Shown here piece by piece: positions 1 to 6,963 of a stretch of DNA of 29,918 bases. This stretch comes from Candidatus Nanohaloarchaea archaeon. GTDB lineage: Archaea; Nanohalarchaeota; Nanosalinia; Nanosalinales; Nanosalinaceae. A model generated the notes under the pieces. That model searched no databases, had not been told where the DNA came from, and saw only the letters and a program-made list of their open reading frames with translations. Made by a program: the position numbers and the translations under genes. Each line of letters begins with the position of its first letter. Within the stretch, counting starts at the first letter, position 1. The stretch is from contig JBLGBN010000010.1 of NCBI GenBank assembly GCA_047617745.1, positions 1 to 29,918 on the forward strand. Direction: 5' to 3'.

Positions 1-360
1 GTCCAGAAGTCAGAAGATTATGACTGGAAAGCCGGTAAATGGGAGTTGCCCGGCGGCAAGATCAGTGAGAATGAGGATAGGTTTGGAGCCGGGAAGCGAG
101 AACTTGAAGCCGAAACAGGTCTGGAAGCGCATGAGTTGAGGGAGGTAGTAAGGGTTGAGGTGGAGGAGTTTTCAGGCGAGAAACCGGTTGTAAACTGCTG
201 GATACTTTACACCGAATCCTTCTCCGGAGAAATAGAACTTTCAGAGGAGCATCAGGATTACAGGTGGGTAACTTCGGAGGAATTCATGAAGCTTGACTGG
301 CACAGAGATGCTGGTTATGAGATTCCTGCAGTGAAAAATATAGAGAAATATTTGAAATAG
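1..360 (+). CDS. Nudix hydrolase (MutT-like), 5'-truncated by the window edge
   Basis: Frame is open from base 1 (VQKSEDYDWKAGKWELPGGK...). Nudix box GKISENEDRFGAGKRELEAETGL; C-terminal LSEEHQDYRWV is typical of MutT-like proteins. Confidence 0.9.
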   Translation, partial: VQKSEDYDWKAGKWELPGGKISENEDRFGAGKRELEAETGLEAHELREVVRVEVEEFSGEKPVVNCWILYTESFSGEIELSEEHQDYRWVTSEEFMKLDWHRDAGYEIPAVKNIEKYLK

Positions 361-366
361 AGAATT

Positions 367-1101
367 TTACTCCTCCAGCTCGAACTCCAGTCTCTCCACG
401 TCCGCTCCCTTTGAAATTCTGTCAGTTATATTTATACCTCCGATTTCTTTGATGTTGTCGACGTGTGTTCCCCCACACGGGCAGAGGTCGTTATCACCGA
501 TTATAACTACCCTAAGCGGATCGATATGGCCCGGGATTATATCGAGGTTGGTTCGTCCCTCCTCTACTGCCTGTTCAACTTGCTCGCGGGCCATGTATTT
601 TTTCTCAACCTCGAGTTCTTTCTCTATTAGTGCGTTAACTGATTTCTCGATTTTCTCCACATCGCTTTCATCGAACTCGGCAGGTTCGAAGTCGATCCGG
701 GAATAGTCTTCGTGTATCTGGTTGCCAGCTGTGGAGGCGTTGTAACGGTTCAGGACAACCCATGAGACCAGGTGCTGGGCGGTGTGCATCCTCATATGGT
801 TGTACCGCCTCTCCCAGTCGATTTCCGCCTTAATTTTGGTACCTGATTCCGGGAGTTCTCCCTGGATATAGTGCCTGACTTCACCGTCTTCTCTCTGGAC
901 ATCGACTACCTCACTTTCGTTTTCACCCCAGCTGATTTTTCCGTGATCTGCGGGTTGTCCGCCTCCTTCCTTGTAGAACAGTGTCTTCTCGAGGCAGATG
1001 TAACCTTCATGCTCTTCTTCAGGGACTCCTCTGCTTTTGGTTACTTCGGCTTTGAATTCTTTCTGATATTCGTTTGCCGGAAGATAGAGTTCTTCGGTCA
1101 T
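367..1101 (-). CDS. alaX: AlaX-M trans-editing protein (alanyl-tRNA editing, Ser/Gly-tRNA(Ala) deacylase)
   Basis: TLFYKEGGGQPADHG, zinc motifs HMRMHTAQH and CPCGGTHV. ATG at 1101 (MTEELY) preferred over the upstream TTG at 1128. Confidence 0.93.
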   Translation of the reverse strand: MTEELYLPANEYQKEFKAEVTKSRGVPEEEHEGYICLEKTLFYKEGGGQPADHGKISWGENESEVVDVQREDGEVRHYIQGELPESGTKIKAEIDWERRYNHMRMHTAQHLVSWVVLNRYNASTAGNQIHEDYSRIDFEPAEFDESDVEKIEKSVNALIEKELEVEKKYMAREQVEQAVEEGRTNLDIIPGHIDPLRVVIIGDNDLCPCGGTHVDNIKEIGGINITDRISKGADVERLEFELEE

Positions 1102-1111
1102 AAGATCTGTT

Positions 1112-1164
1112 AAACCACTCACTATCAAGTGGTTTTCGGTTACTCTACCGCTGTTTTTCAGCGG
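1112..1164. promoter_or_regulatory. Two tandem inverted repeats in the alaX/rps17e divergent intergenic region
   Basis: AAACCACT-N8-AGTGGTTT (1112-1135) and CCGCTG-TTTTT-CAGCGG (1148-1164), both perfect. Function unknown. Confidence 0.4.
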
Positions 1165-1179
1165 CGTTCGAGGGTTTGG

Positions 1180-1185
1180 TTTAAG
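1180..1185 (+). promoter_or_regulatory. Putative TATA box for rps17e (leaderless)
   Basis: TTTAAG 27 nt upstream of ATG 1213. Similar spacing at 14488 (ATG 14517), 15120 (ATG 15150) and 25609 (GTG 25640). Confidence 0.5.
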
Positions 1186-1212
1186 AATGTTGGGCTCGAG
1201 TGTTTGGTTTGT

Positions 1213-1422
1213 ATGGGACGAGTAAGACAGACTTACATCAAAAGACTGGCGAAGGACCTGGTCGAAGCGGATCCGGAAAGATTCTCAGATGACTTCGAGG
1301 AAAACAAGGAAGAACTCAAGGAAATGGATGAATTTGATTCAAAGAGACTGAGAAACCGGACAGCAGGCTACATTGTCAGAGTCGTACAGAATAAAGATAA
1401 GCAGCCAACAGCGCCAGCATAA
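1213..1422 (+). CDS. rps17e: 30S ribosomal protein S17e
   Basis: MGRVRQTYIKRLAKDL...FSDDFEENK...SKRLRNRTAGYI is the S17e signature. True start is ATG 1213, not GTG 1129. Confidence 0.97.
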   Translation: MGRVRQTYIKRLAKDLVEADPERFSDDFEENKEELKEMDEFDSKRLRNRTAGYIVRVVQNKDKQPTAPA

Positions 1423-3796
1423 GCAGCTGGATACTGCCGATTCCCGGGACTTCTTTGGATTCTCCAACTGTTGGCATATCCCGGACGAACACTGGCAGGC
1501 TTTCGGTCTTGTTGTAACGTATGTCGGGGTAGTCAAGTGTCACATTTAGATATCTTTGACCTGTATTGTTCTCATCAGGGTTAACGGTTAACAGAAATTC
1601 TTTCTCCTCCTCTGCATCGAAGGTAGTGAAAGTATAATTCGAACCATCGCTGAACTGGGCGTTAACGCCTGAAAGCGTTATATTGATATCTCTCTCGAAA
1701 GGTCTCGTGTTCTTCGCGGTGAAAAGAACGTTTCTGGTGCTTGAATCCGAGAGAATTACAGAAGTATAATCATAGTTGAATCCTCCCTCCATAGCGAAAC
1801 CTTGACCTATGATCTTCATGAACTCTATATCTTCAGTATAGTTGTCCCACCTGTCCTCAACAACCAGTCCAAGGGTGTACTCAGAGTGAGCTTCAGGAAC
1901 CTCCCATTGATAAGTGGTTTCAGCGGACTCGTCCTCAGCTTCCAAACCACTGAACGTTTCCTTCTTCAAAAGAGTGTTATCGCTTCTGTTAAACAGGTAA
2001 AATGTTATCTCTTCATCGTTGTCGTCTGCTGCACGGGCGCTTACAGGAACCGGGTAATCCGACTCAAAACCGTCGTTCTGCGGCTGGTGATTAACTACCT
2101 CAGGTATTGGATTCTTGACAAATACGCTGTGGTTGAAGACCGACATACTCCCGTAAGTATCATTCACACGGTTAGTGAAGTTCCAGTACGTCCTGGCCCG
2201 GTCAACCTCCTCTGCCTGCGTCTGGATAGGGAACCCTGTCGAACTGTAACTCTGGTTGTCGTGTCTTAACTCGGGATTACCATCCTCGGGATTAAAACCG
2301 TTGTAACCAACCCAGAGATCATAGTAACCGTAGAGAGCAGTCGATTCAGGGTGGTTATGGTTAATCTCCTCAACCAGATCCTCACCAAACCTTGTGTCAA
2401 CACGTGGATAGTTGTAGTCGATAAAATCCGGATTCTGAACATTAGGGTCAATAGGATAGCCCATTTTCTTGTCGTTATTAGTATTTTCTCTGCTGTTGCC
2501 TTCTTCATTAGGCTCCAGTTCTTCACCGGCGTCTTCTCGGCTGGTCCATCTACCGCTCGTATCCACCCAAGCACGAATCATATCGGAGTCTGCGTAAACC
2601 GGATGGCTCCCATCCCAGGTGTAGGAGTAAGTATGGGTCTCCCCCGGTGATAGAGCAGGAAGTTGTTCGTTCTGAGTATTTCCTGACCCATCATATATCT
2701 GGAAACCTAAGTTTGGTTTTGACTCTGTGTTACCTTCATTCTTAACCGTGACTGATACGTCGATTTCACCTTCAGCTACATCTCTTACCGCATGCTTGTC
2801 TACTATATTCAGATCAACATAATCAACCTGACTATTCTCTGCTTGGTCGAAAAAGTAATTAGTTGTGGAACCGTCTTCTGTGAACTCCACATAGGATTCC
2901 CCTAACTTCATAGGCAGGTTAGAACCGTGACTTTTCGGGTTCCAAGGAAGATCAAAAGTATAGACTCCGCTGTCGGTGTTCCTGTTCTCAAAAACGTATT
3001 CTTTAGTTCCATCGCCTTCAACATTGTCAGGGTTATAGCTGAACGATTCTGCATGCGAAGGTAATTTCAGGTGAAGATCCACCTCTCTCTCGCTGTCAGT
3101 TTCTTCTCTAATAGCTGAGTAGACACTATCTATCGTACCTGGTTCAGCGTACCAGCAGTTATCACCATCATTATTTTCAGAGGAGCTTGTACTGCACTGG
3201 GAGTTCGTCAGGCTTTCAAATTCAGAGGTACTGGCTCCACTGCCGTACATTATACCATGGACATTTATTCCATCGGACCTAGCTGAGTCAGCCTGACTCC
3301 CTGGATTTCCTCCACCTCCGTCTGCCAGAACAATCATAACCTGGTTTGGATTTGAACCTGAGTTAAGAGAATCATGACCTTCACTTACCCCTGCTGGAAG
3401 ATCAGTACCTCCTCCCGAGGAAATACCGTTAATAGCGCTTTTAGCAGCTGATTTGCTTGATGTCAGACTTTGCCGGGTCGAGGCACCACTCGCAAATGAA
3501 ACAACTGCGTTCTCATCGCCATCCGAGGTCCTAGTGCTGTCAACATATCCTCTAGCAGCGCTTTTTACATCACTCATCTCCCCACTCATACTGCCTGACT
3601 CGTCGATCACAATAGAGGTATCAACAGGTTTGTATTCGACAGCAAGTTCATATTCAAAAGTCGTCGTGTGGGATCTTCCCATAACATAATCTCCCGAAAT
3701 CTGGTAGTCTTGATTGATGATCTCTGAGTCGGCTTGGACCACACCTGCAAGAGATAGAGCAAAAATAGTTACTACAAAGATTTCAAAGATTTTCAT
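1376..3796 (-). CDS. Cell-surface glycoprotein: signal peptide, vWA domain, CARDB/Ig-like domains, C-terminal PGF-CTERM-like TM anchor
   Basis: Hydrophobic N-terminal signal (..LAGVVQA). MIDAS motif DESGS, GGGTD, LADG. CARDB-like VTVKNEG...LSPGET...WVD...E.NE. C-terminal VPGIGSIQLLMLALLAAYLYSVRL. Confidence 0.85.
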   Translation of the reverse strand: MKIFEIFVVTIFALSLAGVVQADSEIINQDYQISGDYVMGRSHTTTFEYELAVEYKPVDTSIVIDESGSMSGEMSDVKSAARGYVDSTRTSDGDENAVVSFASGASTRQSLTSSKSAAKSAINGISSGGGTDLPAGVSEGHDSLNSGSNPNQVMIVLADGGGGNPGSQADSARSDGINVHGIMYGSGASTSEFESLTNSQCSTSSSENNDGDNCWYAEPGTIDSVYSAIREETDSEREVDLHLKLPSHAESFSYNPDNVEGDGTKEYVFENRNTDSGVYTFDLPWNPKSHGSNLPMKLGESYVEFTEDGSTTNYFFDQAENSQVDYVDLNIVDKHAVRDVAEGEIDVSVTVKNEGNTESKPNLGFQIYDGSGNTQNEQLPALSPGETHTYSYTWDGSHPVYADSDMIRAWVDTSGRWTSREDAGEELEPNEEGNSRENTNNDKKMGYPIDPNVQNPDFIDYNYPRVDTRFGEDLVEEINHNHPESTALYGYYDLWVGYNGFNPEDGNPELRHDNQSYSSTGFPIQTQAEEVDRARTYWNFTNRVNDTYGSMSVFNHSVFVKNPIPEVVNHQPQNDGFESDYPVPVSARAADDNDEEITFYLFNRSDNTLLKKETFSGLEAEDESAETTYQWEVPEAHSEYTLGLVVEDRWDNYTEDIEFMKIIGQGFAMEGGFNYDYTSVILSDSSTRNVLFTAKNTRPFERDINITLSGVNAQFSDGSNYTFTTFDAEEEKEFLLTVNPDENNTGQRYLNVTLDYPDIRYNKTESLPVFVRDMPTVGESKEVPGIGSIQLLMLALLAAYLYSVRL

Positions 3797-3847
3797 CAAT
3801 TAGAAATTGGTTAGATCTGAATAAAATGGTTTAAGAAAATCTAGTCT

Positions 3848-4819
3848 TCAAATAGCTCTCCGATCCCGTCTTTTCTCTCTCGGTGAGAACCTTTTCTCCA
3901 GCCGCTTAAGATAATTTTCCGGTATCTTGGCTTTTCTATCGGCCTCGAGAACCGGCGAGGGAACAGTATAACGCTCCGACGATTTAAGAGCCATTAATTC
4001 ACCAGCGATCTCATCTGCGTCCTCTGGTTCACCGAAGTAATCGATTCTCAGCGGTAGATCCTTGGAGGAAAGTTTGACGTAGAAGGTGTGAATCATGTTT
4101 ACGTAGTCCGGACTCATTTTCTTCATCACAGGGTGCTCTGCAGGGCCTTTCGAGTATTTCCTGACAAAGCTTCTCTCACCCTCTGAGAGAATCGAATCCA
4201 TTAGGATGGTGTCCCTGATGTTTCCGAGCTCGAGACCGGTTTTATCCTCCAGCATATCGGTCAGAGAAGTGCCGTATGAATCCTCCACGACCCCGATAAA
4301 ACTTCCTGGCTCTGCATTTGAGAGAAGTCTGCTGTAGTTCTCCATAACTTTCTCATCTTTACTGTAGCTGGGAACAATTGAACCATCCATGAATACCTTG
4401 TCCGCTGTTTGCTGGGCTTCCATCGCTATCCGGGTCTCCGCTTTCAGACGTTCGGCCTCAGCTTTCCTGTCCAGTCCCTCCTGATCCTGGGGATCGAAAA
4501 CGTGGAATTCGGGATCCGGAGATTTTTCGGGAATATAGTTTGCTTCCTCCAGCCCTATTTTATTGAAGCCGAAAACTGCTGCAACCGCTCTAACTGCGAT
4601 TACGTCCGCTGAGGAATACCTTTTCCTGACCAAACCGCCGTCAATTCCAGCAATTTTCCCAGGGTCTTTCTCCGTAACTACGTGCCTCAGCTCTCCTTCC
4701 TTCACGACTGAGCCGGTTTCGATAGTATCTATATCGGAGAATTTTTCCTCCAGATCAACTGTCTTGTTTTCCTTCTGTGAAAGTTTTTCAGCGGCTTCTC
4801 TCAGGCTGGGCATAGACAT
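3848..4819 (-). CDS. nurA: NurA family DNA double-strand-break repair nuclease
   Basis: IAGIDGG, E...A, VFMDGS, LRIDY and YTVPSPVLEAD..AKI motifs of the NurA RNase-H-like fold. Start may be ATG 4813. Confidence 0.8.
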   Translation of the reverse strand: MSMPSLREAAEKLSQKENKTVDLEEKFSDIDTIETGSVVKEGELRHVVTEKDPGKIAGIDGGLVRKRYSSADVIAVRAVAAVFGFNKIGLEEANYIPEKSPDPEFHVFDPQDQEGLDRKAEAERLKAETRIAMEAQQTADKVFMDGSIVPSYSKDEKVMENYSRLLSNAEPGSFIGVVEDSYGTSLTDMLEDKTGLELGNIRDTILMDSILSEGERSFVRKYSKGPAEHPVMKKMSPDYVNMIHTFYVKLSSKDLPLRIDYFGEPEDADEIAGELMALKSSERYTVPSPVLEADRKAKIPENYLKRLEKRFSPREKRRDRRAI

Positions 4820-4851
4820 GTATAAGAGGTTTAAACATTTAATCGGTTTGC

Positions 4852-5622
4852 ATGGAGATAGACGAGTACAAATACTTTTTCTTCGATCTGGACAAGACGC
4901 TCTGGAACTGGGATGAAGACATAATCGGGGCAGTTGATCTTATCGATTCGCTGAGAGAGGCGGATAAAAAGGTCTATTTCCACACAGACAACACTTTACT
5001 ATCCCGGGAAGCGTACGCCCGGAAGCTCAACGAGATGAACATCCCGGCGGAGAAAGAAGATATACTGACCGCCGGATACGTCGCTGGGGAATACCTGAAT
5101 CAGAATAATGAAACCTCAGCCTATGTAGTTGGAGAATCCGGGCTGATTGAAGAGCTGGACGAGAAAGATATCGACGTCAAAGAGAAATCAGATACTGTTA
5201 TTGTTGGTTTTGACCGACAGTTCAGCTACAGGAAGGTGGAAAACGCCATGAATATTTTACAGAACGGCGGAGAAGCTATTATCTGCAGCACAGAGAAAAC
5301 TTTCAGGACCACGAAGAAGAAAAGGCCTCACCAGGGAGTATTCAACTCCGCTTTCGAGGAGATGGGTGAGACAAAATTAATCGGGAAACCAAGCGAGTTC
5401 TACCAGCAGGTTTTCCAGGACTACTTCAGCTACTTCCCCGACGCATCGATGTTCATAGGTGATAGATTTGCAGATATCGAGACAGGTAACAATCTGGGTA
5501 TGACAACGATAGCAGTTATGTCCGGCGATATCGACCGTGAGTCACTGAAGAAAGCGGACGAGATCCAGAAACCGGATTACGGGCTTTCAAGCCTGGCACG
5601 GCTGAAAAACCGGATTTTATAG
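4852..5622 (+). CDS. HAD-superfamily subfamily IIA hydrolase (NagD-like phosphatase)
   Basis: Motif I FFDLDKTL, motif III GKPS, motif IV IGDRFADI..GNNLGMTT. Confidence 0.9.
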   Translation: MEIDEYKYFFFDLDKTLWNWDEDIIGAVDLIDSLREADKKVYFHTDNTLLSREAYARKLNEMNIPAEKEDILTAGYVAGEYLNQNNETSAYVVGESGLIEELDEKDIDVKEKSDTVIVGFDRQFSYRKVENAMNILQNGGEAIICSTEKTFRTTKKKRPHQGVFNSAFEEMGETKLIGKPSEFYQQVFQDYFSYFPDASMFIGDRFADIETGNNLGMTTIAVMSGDIDRESLKKADEIQKPDYGLSSLARLKNRIL

Positions 5623-5627
5623 AAAAT

Positions 5628-6221
5628 TCATTCTCTGTCATTTAGCCAGTCAATAAACGAATTCACCGCTTTCCTTCTATGCATTTCCTCATTCTTCAGT
5701 TCTTCGTTTTCAGCAAGCGATTCACCGTTCCCGTGATCCGGGATGAAGTAGCTGTTGTACGGCAGATGCGGATGTGACTTTCCTCTTTTCTCCTCCGGTA
5801 TTTTACCTGTCATTTTACCGGTGAAAATCTCAATTTCATCTCTGCCGGGCATGTAGACAGCGATAGCTGTTCTGAAGTAAGCGGACCTGTCTTCCTCGCC
5901 CTCCATGAGGTCAAGCAGTCTCTCGGCTCCGGCAGTTCCGGCGAAAAACGCGGCTTCAGCCCCGGGAAAACCATCCAGCGCTTCGACATAGAAGCCAGTA
6001 TCTTCCACTATGAAATAATCTACACTGCCGATTTCCTGACCCAGTACCGCTTCCTGGTAGGAATCCATCACCTTTCTCTTCGCGACCTCTTCTACATCCA
6101 TTGCATCGATTTCCGGAACATCTGCCTCCACCTGTACAAGTTCATACCCGGCCTCTCTAAACGGAGGTTCCATCTCCTCAAGTTTGCCTTCATTGCCAGT
6201 CGCGAAGAAAATCGGTTTCAT
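5628..6221 (-). CDS. rdgB: HAM1/RdgB family non-canonical purine NTP pyrophosphatase (ITPase/XTPase-like)
   Basis: FATGNEGKLEE, VEDTGFYVEALDGFPG, RSAYF and HRRKA. Specificity motifs are divergent (see findings). Confidence 0.88.
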   Translation of the reverse strand: MKPIFFATGNEGKLEEMEPPFREAGYELVQVEADVPEIDAMDVEEVAKRKVMDSYQEAVLGQEIGSVDYFIVEDTGFYVEALDGFPGAEAAFFAGTAGAERLLDLMEGEEDRSAYFRTAIAVYMPGRDEIEIFTGKMTGKIPEEKRGKSHPHLPYNSYFIPDHGNGESLAENEELKNEEMHRRKAVNSFIDWLNDRE

Positions 6222-6272
6222 ATGAACCGGTTATTTTTCACCTACATATAACTTTTCCAACAATACTGAGGT

Positions 6273-6914
6273 ATGAAACTTGACAGAAAAGACCTCGAGA
6301 AAACTATTTCGGAGATCGACCTAGATAACATGTATTTTCCAGAATCCCTCGACAGGATAATAGGTCAGAACGGTGAGGAGCTTTACATTGACCGGGATAA
6401 TGATTATCAGACCTGGGTAGAAGAAGCTGAAAAATGGGACGAAGCACCAAGAGAGACGGCCTGGATAGAGGACTACAATACTTTGGATGATGAACTGGAA
6501 GATCTGCTCAATGAGGAAGCAAAGAAAGATATGAGATATCCAGGGCTAGAGGGCGCTAAATTCGCGGAAACTATGATAGAAATAGGTGAAGAAGCCGTGG
6601 AAGGAGACAGCTTCGGCGGGACGGTTATAGGATTTGAAATGCCGGAAATCGATGGAAACGAAAACCAGAGACAGCTTATAGCTCCTCAGGGTGCAGATTC
6701 CATGCTAGATGCTCCTGAGTGGCTTGACAATGACGACTGGTACTCTAATGTGGGTGAAGGGGAGTATGTAGCTGTAATCACTGATGACCCTACAGCCTTC
6801 GCCAGATATGTAAAGGACAATTTCCAGAAAGAAGGAGACTTCATCCAGAGCTTTGACGATAGATTCTGGAGGGCTTACGAAGAAACACTGGACAGTTACA
6901 CAGGTCTAGAATAA
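6273..6914 (+). CDS. Hypothetical acidic protein
   Basis: 213-aa ORF with the genome-typical D/E-rich composition, filling the gap between rdgB and metG. No motif recognised. Confidence 0.75.
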   Translation: MKLDRKDLEKTISEIDLDNMYFPESLDRIIGQNGEELYIDRDNDYQTWVEEAEKWDEAPRETAWIEDYNTLDDELEDLLNEEAKKDMRYPGLEGAKFAETMIEIGEEAVEGDSFGGTVIGFEMPEIDGNENQRQLIAPQGADSMLDAPEWLDNDDWYSNVGEGEYVAVITDDPTAFARYVKDNFQKEGDFIQSFDDRFWRAYEETLDSYTGLE

Positions 6915-6922
6915 AAAAGGAG

Positions 6923-6928
6923 TTAAAA
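6923..6928 (+). promoter_or_regulatory. Putative TATA box for metG
   Basis: TTAAAA preceded by purine-rich AAAAAAGGAG (BRE-like), 25 nt upstream of GTG 6954. Confidence 0.45.
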
Positions 6929-6963
6929 CAGTTTCTGAAGCATTTCCCTCTAGGTGAACCAAA

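Noticed and set aside
1..6221. Nudix, HAD and ITPase as a dedicated nucleotide-sanitising operon
   Set aside because: They lie on different strands and are interspersed with unrelated genes; such proximity is expected in a compact genome.
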